Positions 31,366 to 41,250 of a DNA stretch of 64,000 nt are shown here, piece by piece. Each line of letters starts with the position of its first letter. Position 1 is the first letter of the stretch. The notes beneath the pieces were generated by a model. That model did no database searches, had not been told where the DNA came from, and was given only the letters and a program-made list of their open reading frames with translations. Source of the stretch: Candidatus Marinacidobacterales bacterium (GTDB lineage: Bacteria > Acidobacteriota > Vicinamibacteria > Marinacidobacterales > SMYC01); contig OZ250169.1 in NCBI GenBank assembly GCA_965237955.1, forward strand, positions 5,120,001 to 5,184,000, written 5' to 3'. A program made the position numbers and the translations under genes.

Positions 31366-32571
31366 GTGGTGAATCCATCGATTGTCATCAGGGGGATGGG
31401 CTCGATTTCTCCTCTCGGTTGCTCGCTCGAGGAGGTTTGGCAGAGCTACCAGTCCCCGTCGAGCTGTATTGGTTTTCGAGATTTCGATGGTAGCGCCACG
31501 CGGGTCGCCGCGCTCAACGAGCGAGCCGAGTCCTGCCTCGAGGAGCTCGGGAAAGAAAAGGAGCCTTATCAGGAGCTCGACAAAACCGTCGCCATGGCGA
31601 TATTTGCCAGCCGCCAGGCCGTTGCTCAATCCGGCTGGAGCTCGGGGCTCGACATCGGCATCAACATCGGATCCTCCCGGGGAGCCACCTCGCTCTTCGA
31701 GAAGTTTCATGACTTTTTCTTAACCCATGCTAACCGCCGGGTTCCCTCACTCACCTCACCACTGACCACGCTCGGCAATCTCTCCTCGTGGGTCGCTCAA
31801 GATCTGCAGAGTAACGGCGTGACCATCAGTCACTCCGTGACCTGTAGCACGGCGCTCCAGGGTCTCGTCAACGCCATCGCCTGGCTGAAGTCGGGCATGG
31901 CGAACCGCTTCATCGTCGGCGGGACCGAGGCGCCGCTGACCGCTTTCACCGTGGCGCAGATGAAGGCGTTGCGTATCTACTCCGACCGAGTCGACGAAAA
32001 GTATCCCAGTCGGCCGCTCGCGAACGACGCCTCTCGGAACTCCATGGTTCTCGGCGAAGGCGCTGCCGTCTTTTGCGTGGATCGACGGGACGGCGCAAGT
32101 GAAGAGGATGCATCCCCGCCTCTCGCCGTCGTCGATAGCGTCGGCTATGCAATTGAGCGGCTTTCCCACCACGCGTCTCTATCGAAAGAGGGGGAGTGCA
32201 TCTACAACTCGATGAAGATGGCTCTGGACGCCTTGGAAAGCAAGAAGACGGTCGACGCGATCGTCTTGCACGACCCCGGTACGTTGCAAGGCGGTCGGTC
32301 GGAGCTGAACGCAGTGCAAAAGCTCTTCGGAGAACGCATCCCCTATCTTTTCTCTAACAAGTGGAAGATTGGTCACACGTTGGGCGCTTCCGGTGCCCTG
32401 AATATGGAGCTCGCAATCCTGATGCTGCAGCACCAGAAGTGCTTGCCCTTTCCCTACCCCGTACTTCTCAACGGGGATCCGAGAGAGCTTCGGGCGATCA
32501 TGGTGAACGCGTCCGGTTTCGGGGGTAATGCGGCAAGCGTAATCGTGAGTCACCCCGAGTATTCACAGTGA
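31366..32571 (+). CDS. Beta-ketoacyl synthase (FabF/FabB-like) at the end of the bio operon
   Basis: GMGSISPLG, TCSTA (Cys), GEGAA, HDPGT, KIGHTLGASG, SGFGGN; starts 4 nt after the bioA stop. Confidence 0.88.
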   Translation: MVNPSIVIRGMGSISPLGCSLEEVWQSYQSPSSCIGFRDFDGSATRVAALNERAESCLEELGKEKEPYQELDKTVAMAIFASRQAVAQSGWSSGLDIGINIGSSRGATSLFEKFHDFFLTHANRRVPSLTSPLTTLGNLSSWVAQDLQSNGVTISHSVTCSTALQGLVNAIAWLKSGMANRFIVGGTEAPLTAFTVAQMKALRIYSDRVDEKYPSRPLANDASRNSMVLGEGAAVFCVDRRDGASEEDASPPLAVVDSVGYAIERLSHHASLSKEGECIYNSMKMALDALESKKTVDAIVLHDPGTLQGGRSELNAVQKLFGERIPYLFSNKWKIGHTLGASGALNMELAILMLQHQKCLPFPYPVLLNGDPRELRAIMVNASGFGGNAASVIVSHPEYSQ

Positions 32572-32920
32572 CTCCAGGAATTCCCCTCATCGTTATCAAT
32601 CCTGCCGCACGCTGAGTACCACGCCGTGCTCGAGGAGCTCGCGCCGACAGTTGGCGATCCAGCGCTCCACGGTCCCGTTCTGCGATGTGAGGTGCGAACA
32701 GGTTTCGCGACGGTGTCCGCGGTGACGATCACCAGGCGGCTCGTTAGAGCCGCTCGACGACGCACGCCGTCCGTGGCTGCGGGCTCGGAAACACGGATCG
32801 GCGACCGTCGGTAACGCTTCATCACATCTTTCCCGTAATCCTGCTCGGCCATGTAGATGTTGTGCGCTCTGCAATGCTGGGATTCGTTCGGCCGCCCGAC
32901 GAAGTCAATCATGTGGTGCC

Positions 32921-33097
32921 GGGGGACGCGCCCGTGAAGGCCCTCGTCATCTGCGCGCCCGGGTGTGAAGCGGCTCGTGTTCTCCAGAACTGGGAGAAAC
33001 AGCCGTGAGCCGGGCTAGACACGATGAATTGCGTGATAGCTAACATCCTGCGGGCCAGGAGGATCCGACGATTCGTATCGGGATTCAAACATTTGGA
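32921..33097 (+). repeat. Diverged direct repeat copy 2
   Basis: Homologous to 26821-27006. Confidence 0.9.
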
Positions 33098-33435
33098 GTG
33101 GCTATAAGCAGAGCAGTTTTTTCCTAAGGCATTAAATATCAATAGTTTGCGTGGTTCGTCCGTTTTTGGATAGCTCCGGCGGACGTTGGCCTGTTTGCTG
33201 TTAATTGCTGTCGAGGATTCGGGAAACAACCGATCGGTGATAGTCTGCCCGTCGGTTTGATCCGTAATGTATCTGGTGCACACTTTGACGGTTGCGAAGT
33301 TGGAGCCATACCAGCTAGGGCGTCTTCGTGCGCATCGGGTAGGGAGCCTGGCTCCTTTTCGTCTCCCGCGATGCTCGAACTCGCTGTTGGCGACGAGTAT
33401 CGCATCTCACCACTGGTTTCATTTCCCTTGCATGC

Positions 33436-36400
33436 ATGAGAGACTTTATCTACGTGCTCATTAGTCTGATGCTCCTCCTACCCGCCTTCGCGTCGGCTCA
33501 GACGTTTCAGGGTGGTGTTCGAGGGGCAGTGCGTGACAGTGACGGCGGGGTGTTGCCAGGCACCACGATGACGCTGATTAACACCCAGACCCAGTTGCCT
33601 CGTACCGCGGTGACGAACGAGCGCGGGGAGTATGTCTTCGCCGCCCTCACACCGGGCACGTACGACCTTGGCGTGGAGCTCCCCGGGTTTGCACCGTTCA
33701 CCCGAGAAGAACTCGAAATCGGTGTGGCGGACTTTCTCGTCGTGGACGTGACGCTCCAGGTCGGCGGCATCGCCGAGTCGGTCACGGTAACGGGTGAGAC
33801 ACCGCTCATCGAGACGGGGACGGCCTCACTCTCGTCCGCCATCGACAAGGCGCAGATGGAAGTGCTGCCGACGCCGGGTCGGAACGTCTTCATCATGGCG
33901 GTGACGACGCCGGGCGTGGTCCATGCCGGCGACCCCATCTTCGTTCGCATGCAGGACCAGACGAACGCCTCGCTTCTCTCGCTCGGCGGTGGGCCAATGC
34001 GCGGCAACAACTACACGCTCGACGGCGTGTCCATCACCGACATGAGGAACCGGGCCTCCATCAATCCCAGCTTCGAGTCCCTCGAGGAGATGAAGGTTCA
34101 AATCCAAACCTACGATTCCGAGATGGGGCGCACCAGCGGCGGCGTCTTCAACTCGATCCACAAGAGTGGCTCCAACCAGTGGGCGGGTAGTGTTCTCTAC
34201 CAGACCCGCCCCCAATTTGGACGCTCCTTGACGTTCTTCGAGGCGAGACAGGGGCAGGTCGCGGCCGAGTCACCCTACAAGCTGTGGGGCGGTTCTTTTG
34301 GCGGGGCCATCGTTCCCGACAAGACCTTCTTCTGGTGGGCCCACGAGGGATACTTGAACACCGATACGCGGACGCGCACCATTTTTCTTGCCACGCCAGC
34401 CATGGCCAATGGCGATTTCTCCGGGACCGGCATCACGCTTACCGATCCGCAGACGGGCCTACCCTTTCCCGGGAACGTCATTCCCCAGAATCGCCTCGAC
34501 CCCGTCGGTGTCGGTCTGGCCAACCTGCTGGCGGGTGTGTCCGAGGAGGCCGGAGCACAAAACCCCTCCGTGACGGCTCTCCTCCATAGCTGGGCCTGGC
34601 AGATGAGCGGCAACGTTAACCACTCTTTCAGCGACTCGTGGCAACTCAGCGGGACGTACATGTACTATCAGTCCGAAGAGCCGAGCAACACCTACTACCG
34701 GGAAGTCTTCGGCGCCTCCGAAGCTCCGGTCTACGACGACACGGCGATCTTGTTGAGGGATGTCAACATCTTCGCGATCAACAACACCTTCATTCCCACC
34801 GACGACTCGGTCTTGACGTTGCGCTTCGGCTATGCACGCTTCAACGACAGCCCCTTCAACCCCGAGTTCACGGCCCAGGACGCCATCGGCTTAGGCTTCA
34901 ACGCGGATCAGATGAATGCCATCGGCGACGGCATCCGGCAGTTCCCGTACGTCATCGTCGGGGGTTACGGGTCCGATCATACCCACGGAAGCTGGCCGAC
35001 CGCCGATCGCGTCTGGAAGTCCTCCGAAGCCAGCGGCGTTTACTCGAAGTTCGTCGGCTCCCACACGCTCAAGTTCGGATTCGGGTTCACGCAAAAGGAC
35101 GTGGATTTCGACCGCACCGCGGCGATGAACTTCACCTTCGACCAGAACAGGTCCAATGACAACCTCGCCGATATGCTGCTGGGTCTGCCCACCAGCGGCA
35201 GCGCCGAGGTGGGCAATCCGGCGAACCAGTTCATCAACTACTACGGCGGCTTCGTCCAGGACGACTGGCGGGTGAACGACAACCTCGTTCTCAACGTCGG
35301 GCTTCGCATCGAGCATGAGGACGGCCTCAAGGAGAGAGACAACCGGATGGTGGTCGGGTTCGAACGGGATGCGCCCTTCCCGATCCAGGTCGACGGCTTC
35401 CGCACGATCAGCGGAGGTCTGCTCTATGCGGGCGTTGACGGGGCTCCGGACTTTGCGACCGATCCCAAGAACGTCAAGTTGGGACCGCGCGTGGGGTTCG
35501 CCTACTCCGTCAACGAGTCAACGGTCATCCGCGGCGGCTACGGCGTCTTCTGGGCGCCGCACGCGTACAACAATCCAAGCATCAACCGTAGCGCACTCCT
35601 GGGGTTCAGCGCGTCCACCAGTGTTCTCCAGGGTCTGGTGAATAGCGGCGAAGCCACGCTGTCGAACCCCTTCCCCCAGGGCGTCAACCAGCCCGTGGGT
35701 AGCTCCAACGGACGTCTCCAGAACCTGGGCGGAACTCTCGACTTCATCGACCAGTTCCGTGAATCGCCCTACATCCAGCAGTGGTCCATCGGTTTCCAGC
35801 GTGATTTGGGATCGAACATTGCCCTGTCCATCGGCTACGCCGGGAGCAAGGGGACGAACCTCAGCATCGGTGGCACCGAAGACGAATGGACCAACCTCAA
35901 CCAGTTGGCCCCGGAGCACTTGGTCCTCGGCGATGCGCTGAACGATCTGGTCCCCAACCCCTTCTTTGGGACCCCGTTGGGAGTCGGCGTGGTCGCGGGA
36001 GAGACGGTTGCACAAGGTCAGCTCCTGCGCCCCTACCCGCAGTTCGACAAGGTTCGCGTGCACCAGCGGAGCACGGGTCGGTCTCGCTATGACTCGGTCC
36101 GCTTCGAGGTGGAGAAGCGCTTCCGCGGCAACTGGGGAGCTCGAATCAACTACTCCTTCACCAATCAGAGTGACAATGGAACGGACCGCATCAGGGCGCA
36201 TGACGGTGATGAGACGATCCGGCGCGTCTACCGGACGGGCTTCGAGGAGGACGACTTCGGGCGCTCCCGCCTCAACGTCCCGCACCAGGTCAACTTGAAC
36301 GGCCTCTACCGCTTTCCCAGCCCGGCCGGCGGCGCGGCCGAGGTCCTTGCGGGTGGCTGGTCGGTGTCGGTGTCGACCATCTTCCGGAGCGGCTTTCCCA

Positions 36401-36807
36401 TGGTCATCCGTCAGGGGGCCAACTGGGGGAGCGCGTTCGGCTACGAGTATCAGCGGCCCAACGTGACCGGTGATCCGAATACGTCGGGCAGCACCGAGGA
36501 TCGGGTGGACGGCTACTTCAACCCGGCCGCCTATGCCGAAACCGGTCTCTTCACCTTTGGGAGCGCGCCTCACACCGATAATGACGTTCGCACGCCTGGG
36601 TTGTACAACTGGGACGTCTCCTTCGAGAAGATGACGTCCCTCGGTGGTGGTGCCAACGTGAGCCTCCGCTTCGAGTTTGTCAACTTCTTCAACCAGCCCA
36701 ACTGGAGCGGACCGGTGAACAACATCGGAGCAGGGAATTTCGGCGTGATCACGGGACAGGGCGGCTTCCCGCGCGTGTTCATGTTCATGGTGAAGTTCTT
36801 GTTCTAG
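33436..36807 (+). CDS. TonB-dependent receptor (Oar-like, carboxypeptidase-regulatory N-domain)
   Basis: Signal; GAVRDSDGGVLPG; ESVTVTG; NNYTLDG; YDSEMGRTSGG; FVQDDWRV..LNVGLR; terminal KFLF. Confidence 0.93.
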   Translation: MRDFIYVLISLMLLLPAFASAQTFQGGVRGAVRDSDGGVLPGTTMTLINTQTQLPRTAVTNERGEYVFAALTPGTYDLGVELPGFAPFTREELEIGVADFLVVDVTLQVGGIAESVTVTGETPLIETGTASLSSAIDKAQMEVLPTPGRNVFIMAVTTPGVVHAGDPIFVRMQDQTNASLLSLGGGPMRGNNYTLDGVSITDMRNRASINPSFESLEEMKVQIQTYDSEMGRTSGGVFNSIHKSGSNQWAGSVLYQTRPQFGRSLTFFEARQGQVAAESPYKLWGGSFGGAIVPDKTFFWWAHEGYLNTDTRTRTIFLATPAMANGDFSGTGITLTDPQTGLPFPGNVIPQNRLDPVGVGLANLLAGVSEEAGAQNPSVTALLHSWAWQMSGNVNHSFSDSWQLSGTYMYYQSEEPSNTYYREVFGASEAPVYDDTAILLRDVNIFAINNTFIPTDDSVLTLRFGYARFNDSPFNPEFTAQDAIGLGFNADQMNAIGDGIRQFPYVIVGGYGSDHTHGSWPTADRVWKSSEASGVYSKFVGSHTLKFGFGFTQKDVDFDRTAAMNFTFDQNRSNDNLADMLLGLPTSGSAEVGNPANQFINYYGGFVQDDWRVNDNLVLNVGLRIEHEDGLKERDNRMVVGFERDAPFPIQVDGFRTISGGLLYAGVDGAPDFATDPKNVKLGPRVGFAYSVNESTVIRGGYGVFWAPHAYNNPSINRSALLGFSASTSVLQGLVNSGEATLSNPFPQGVNQPVGSSNGRLQNLGGTLDFIDQFRESPYIQQWSIGFQRDLGSNIALSIGYAGSKGTNLSIGGTEDEWTNLNQLAPEHLVLGDALNDLVPNPFFGTPLGVGVVAGETVAQGQLLRPYPQFDKVRVHQRSTGRSRYDSVRFEVEKRFRGNWGARINYSFTNQSDNGTDRIRAHDGDETIRRVYRTGFEEDDFGRSRLNVPHQVNLNGLYRFPSPAGGAAEVLAGGWSVSVSTIFRSGFPMVIRQGANWGSAFGYEYQRPNVTGDPNTSGSTEDRVDGYFNPAAYAETGLFTFGSAPHTDNDVRTPGLYNWDVSFEKMTSLGGGANVSLRFEFVNFFNQPNWSGPVNNIGAGNFGVITGQGGFPRVFMFMVKFLF

Positions 36808-36820
36808 AGTCTTTCGGAAC

Positions 36821-36982
36821 TAAGGGTCCGGGCAAGAATAAATGCCCATTCTTGGGCGTCGAGGCGCCCGTCTGGCAAGGCGCGAGAAGTGAATAATATC
36901 TAGATATATGACCGACGAGCAACGCAGCCAGACGGGATGGATCGGCGTCCAAGAATGGGTAGTTATTCTTGCCCGGGCCCTA
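36821..36982. repeat. ~160-bp imperfect palindrome (MITE/ERIC-like)
   Basis: ~40-bp inverted arms plus inner stem cccgtctggc/gccagacggg; TA at the ends. Confidence 0.85.
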
Positions 36983-36987
36983 AGCGA

Positions 36988-37017
36988 AGGGCGGGCCTTT
37001 CGGCCCGCCCTTTTTTT
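36988..37017 (+). terminator. Rho-independent terminator
   Basis: gggcgggcc-tttc-ggcccgccc followed by a T-run. Confidence 0.85.
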
Positions 37018-37028
37018 CCGATTGCCGC

Positions 37029-38517
37029 ATGGCGAAGAAGAAGCGCACAAAAGCTCGAGCTCCGGAACCGAGGCAGGAGAAGGAGCGCGCTTGTCGTCGA
37101 TTTCTGGGGCCTCTGGGGCTTCTGGCGCTCTTCGTCATCTTCGGTGTCTTCGTTGTCGGCACATCTCTCTATTTCCTCCGCTCTCGAGAGCTCCCCGAAG
37201 TCCCCGATCCTGATCGCTCGGTCATGGAGCCTCCGGTCGCGGCGAAGATCGCATCGCACCGGGAGGCGGTTTTCCAGGATCCAGGGTCCCACGAAGCTTG
37301 GGGGAGACTCGGCATGGTGTTCCAGGCTCATGGGCTCGAGGCCGAGGCCGCGGAAGCTTACGAGAGGGCCGCGACGCTCGAGGCTCGGGAATTTCGATGG
37401 CACTATCTTTGGGCGCACGCCTTGCGGCAGATCGATCGCGGCGCGGCCCTCGAAAGGGCCGCGCGTGCCGGCGAGATTCGTGAGGACTACGGGCCTCTCT
37501 ACGCGCTTCGCGGTGAGCTCCTGGAGGAAGACGGCGCTCTCGACGAGGCGTCTCGAATGTACCGGAAAGCGCTCACCTTCGACGAAAACATCGCCAAAGC
37601 CGAGTTCGGCCTGGGACGGATTGCCCGATCCCGCGGCGACGACCACTCGGCCCTCGAGCACCTGAAGCGAGCCTCGGAGCTGTCACCCCGCGTGGGATCG
37701 GTTCACGCGGCACTGGCGCAAGTCTATCGACGGCTGGGCGATCAAGAGGCGGCGGTTCGGGAGGCCAAGATCGCCTCCGAGCACAACGATCCCGTCGGCG
37801 TGGAGGACCCCGTCCACTTTCGTATGACGGGGGAGTCCGTCTCCACCACCGCTCAGCTCCGCCGGGCCCAGGCCGCGGACGAGGCGGGCGAGTTCGCGCG
37901 CTCCGAGCGCATCTATCGTGAGCTTGTCTGCTCGAGGCCGGAAGATGCCGACATGCACGCGCGTCTGGGCGACGCGCTGGCCCGTCAGAGCAAGCGGGAC
38001 CAGGCCAAGGAGGCGTACCGGAAGGCACTCGAGTTGAACGCCGATCAACCCGCGGCGCTCTACGGGCTCGGGAACATGCTCAATCTCGAGGGGAGCCATG
38101 ACGAGGCGTTGCGTCATTATCGAAAGGTGCTCGAGGTTCGGGGAGATCACGTCCCGACTCTCGTGAATCTCGGGAGTCTCCTCGCCTACCAAGGCAAGCC
38201 GGCCGAGGCAGAAAAGCTGTTTCGCCAAGCCCTCGAGGCCGAGCCCGCAAGTTTCGCCCTTCACCGGCAGCTCGGCCTCCTTCTCTCCAACCAGAAGAAG
38301 TTCGAGGAGGCGGTGGCGCACTTTCAGGCGGCGCTCGAGGTTCGGGCGGAGTTCGGCCGTCTCCATGTCGAGCTCGCCATCGCTCTCGCTGCCGGGGGGG
38401 GAGTTTCGAAAAGCCCGGGAGCACGTTAGGAGGGCCCAGGAGCTCGCTGAGACCGTCTCTCCCGATCTGATCGAAGCGCTTCAGAACCGCTCGCGGAACG
38501 GTTCTTCGCTACGGTAG
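37029..38517 (+). CDS. Membrane-anchored TPR protein (frameshift in G-run near 38395)
   Basis: N-terminal TM segment, multiple TPR helices (AWGRLG, AEFGLG, ALYGLGN, TLVNLG). Confidence 0.8.
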
Positions 38518-41150
38518 AGCTCGAGTCGCGTCCGAATCTCGTCCGCCAGTCCCCCCTCTCGAGTCGCAGCCAGCGCAACCGCTCTTTCGGCGGCGCGGAC
38601 GGCTCTGGGAAAATCGCCCGCGGAGGCGTAAGCGGCAGCCAGGGTGTCCAGAACGACGGGCTGCCGGTGCCCAGTGAGCTCCGCGGCGCGCTCGGCGAGC
38701 CGGACGGCCTCCTCGGGGTTCCGCTTCGCTTCATCGGGATGGGTGGCGACGATCCAGGCGATCTCGTTCATCGGCTCGGTCCACTCCGGCCTCTGGGCGA
38801 GGGCGGCTCGGAAGTGGGCGAGGGGCTCGTCGCCCTCGCCCCTCATGCGGAGGGCCAGGCCCAGATTGTTGTGCGCTTCCGCATGCCTGGGATCGGTCTC
38901 GAGACATTGTCGAAAGTGGACGATGGCCTCCTCGAGCTCGCCCTGCGATCCGGCCAGGCTGCCGAGATTGTTGTGCGCTGCGGCGAGGTGTGGATCGAGT
39001 GCCAACGCCCGGCGGTAGTGGCGTGCAGCTTCGTCCGACTTGCCCTGTTGCTTGAGCGTCACCCCGAGCTCGTTGTGCGCAGGCGCGAGGTCGGGATCGA
39101 TGCGCAAGGCCTCCTCGAGCTGTTTTTTGGCCTCGTTCGTCTTCCCGAGATCCCGGAGAGCGACGCCGAAACGGTACCGCACGGGGGCGCGCTCGGGATC
39201 GATCCGAAGCGCTTCGCGAAAGTGATCCAGGGCCGCCTCCGGCTTTCGCTGAGCCAAAAGGGCGTTCGCGAAGTAGAAGTGCGCTTCCGCCGAGCCACCG
39301 TCGAGAGCGAGAGCCCGACGGTAGTACGTCATCGCCTCGTCGAGCTTGCCCTCGGTTGCCAGCACCAGTCCGAGGTGGGCGGTGGCCTCGGCGCTGTCCG
39401 GCTCCGCGGCAACGGCCTCGCGCAGCAAGGCCGCGGCCTCATCGATCCGACCCTGCTCGGTGAGCGCGCGCGCCAGGCCGGCCTTGGCCTCCGTGAAGTC
39501 GGGCCGAAGCTCGATGGCTCTCCGAAGGTGGGGGATGGCCTCGTCCGTCGCGCCCAGCCTTCTCAGGGCACGCGCCAGCCCGAAATGGGCGCTCTCTTTC
39601 TCGGGTTCGAGCTCCACGGCACGTGCATAAGCGTCTCGGGCCTTGGCCGGTTCCTCCTGTCCCTGGGCGATCTCTGCGACCAGAAGGTGAGCCGGGACGT
39701 AGTAGGGATGCGTTGTTAGCATGCGCTCGGCGAGGGGCCGCGCCCGATCGTAGTCTCCTTCGTGCACGAGCTCCGTCGCCTGCTGATGATCCCCGTAGAA
39801 CTCGATCCAGTCCTTCGGATCGTCTTTGCCCTGCTCGAAGCGAAGCTCGATCGCGTTCGAGCCCCGGGCGAGATACCCCAGGGACTCCAGACGCCGTATC
39901 GAGGCGTCATCGAGCTCGAGGGTGTTCTCGTTCTCTTGTCGCCGGCTGTGGGATTCCAGAATCTCCGCCAGCCGCGTCTTCATCGCTTCGGCGAGCTCGG
40001 TCTCTTCCTGGACCAGATTTCGTTCTTCGTCGGGGTCGCTCTCGAGGTCATAGAGCTCGGGCCGCGTCGACTGGATGTACTTCCACTTGGAGGTCACGAG
40101 CCCGTAAAGCGAGCTCGTGTCGTAGAAGCGGGTCGGGGTGAGGCTCTGAGCGTAGAACTCTTTCGCCTTGCCGGACACGGGCTCTCCCGAGAGCAGGGGC
40201 GAGAGGTCGTCGCCTTGCGCCGCCGGGGGCGGATCCAGACCGAGAATGCCGGCCAGGGTAGGTACGATGTCGATGAGCCCGACCGTCTGGTCGACCTGCC
40301 TCGGCTCGGTGAGGCCCGGCGGCCTGATGATGAGCGGCACCTCGAGCGCGCTTTGATAGATGAAGTATCCGTGGTCGCGCTCGCCGTGCTCGCCGAGCAT
40401 CTCGCCGTGGTCGCTGGTGAGGACGATCCACGTCGAGTCGATGAGGCCGAGCTCTTCGAGCTTGTCCACGACCTGGCCGACACCGTGGTCGACGAAAGCG
40501 ATCTCACCGGCATAGAGATCGTCGGCGAAACGCGAAGCGAAGGGCTCGGGCGGATCGTAGTCGTGGTGCGGATCGTAGTAATGGAGGAACAGGAAAAAGT
40601 TTTCGTCTCGGTGGTCTTCGAGCCATTGCCGCGCCAATCGCGTCGTCTCATCACCTTTCCTCTCGCCCAAGAGGAGTATCTTGTGCTCCTCTTCGAAGCG
40701 GTCGTCATCGGTATCGAAGCCCTGGCTCAAGTTGAATTTCGAGTCCAGGACGAAGCTTGAGACGATGGCTCCCGTCGTGTAGCCCCTTTCTCCCAGCATC
40801 TCGGCCAGGGTCACGTTCGCGTCGTCGAGGCGATAACTGAGGTTATCGTGCATGCCGTGGACCGGAGGGATGGTTCCCGTCAACATCGAGCTGTGCGCGG
40901 GCAGAGTCGTGGGGACGGGGGAGATCACGTGTTTGAAGAGCACGCCCGCTCGCGCGATGGCATCGATGTTCGGCGTCGTCTCACGTGGGAAACCGTAGCT
41001 CGTCGCGTAGTCGGCCCTCAGCGTATCGATGCTGATGAGGAGAACGTTGGGGGTTGCCGAGCGGAAGGGGTCGCAGGACAAAAAGAGCGCCATCGCGAGC
41101 ACGGCCGCCGCCAGCAGAGGATTTCGTCGACTCTCGGATGTGTCGGGCAC
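38481..41150 (-). CDS. Sulfatase-like hydrolase with C-terminal TPR array (lipoprotein)
   Basis: NVLLISIDTLRAD, TPNID, TLPAHSSMLTG, LHYYDPH, TSDHGE, VPLII, LESLGY; many TPRs; lipobox LFLSC; start uncertain. Confidence 0.88.
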   Translation of the reverse strand: MPDTSESRRNPLLAAAVLAMALFLSCDPFRSATPNVLLISIDTLRADYATSYGFPRETTPNIDAIARAGVLFKHVISPVPTTLPAHSSMLTGTIPPVHGMHDNLSYRLDDANVTLAEMLGERGYTTGAIVSSFVLDSKFNLSQGFDTDDDRFEEEHKILLLGERKGDETTRLARQWLEDHRDENFFLFLHYYDPHHDYDPPEPFASRFADDLYAGEIAFVDHGVGQVVDKLEELGLIDSTWIVLTSDHGEMLGEHGERDHGYFIYQSALEVPLIIRPPGLTEPRQVDQTVGLIDIVPTLAGILGLDPPPAAQGDDLSPLLSGEPVSGKAKEFYAQSLTPTRFYDTSSLYGLVTSKWKYIQSTRPELYDLESDPDEERNLVQEETELAEAMKTRLAEILESHSRRQENENTLELDDASIRRLESLGYLARGSNAIELRFEQGKDDPKDWIEFYGDHQQATELVHEGDYDRARPLAERMLTTHPYYVPAHLLVAEIAQGQEEPAKARDAYARAVELEPEKESAHFGLARALRRLGATDEAIPHLRRAIELRPDFTEAKAGLARALTEQGRIDEAAALLREAVAAEPDSAEATAHLGLVLATEGKLDEAMTYYRRALALDGGSAEAHFYFANALLAQRKPEAALDHFREALRIDPERAPVRYRFGVALRDLGKTNEAKKQLEEALRIDPDLAPAHNELGVTLKQQGKSDEAARHYRRALALDPHLAAAHNNLGSLAGSQGELEEAIVHFRQCLETDPRHAEAHNNLGLALRMRGEGDEPLAHFRAALAQRPEWTEPMNEIAWIVATHPDEAKRNPEEAVRLAERAAELTGHRQPVVLDTLAAAYASAGDFPRAVRAAERAVALAATREGGLADEIRTRLELYRSEEPFRERF

Positions 41151-41250
41151 GGTTGATGATAGAGCTTGGTATCCGACCTGAGCAAGTTTCGTGGTCCCGC
41201 TAGCCGCCGCGTTGACAACTCTCATATCGCACAACAGAATCTACGAAAGC

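Noticed and set aside
32572-32920. Short ORFs between the ketosynthase and repeat copy 2
   Set aside because: No recognisable family on either strand; probably decayed sequence.
26821-33097. Repeats as CRISPR or phage att sites
   Set aside because: Only two long diverged copies; no spacers, cas genes or integrase.
33186-33200. Possible sigma-54 site upstream of the TonB receptor (ttggcctgtttgc)
   Set aside because: GG-to-GC spacing is wrong for a -24/-12 promoter.
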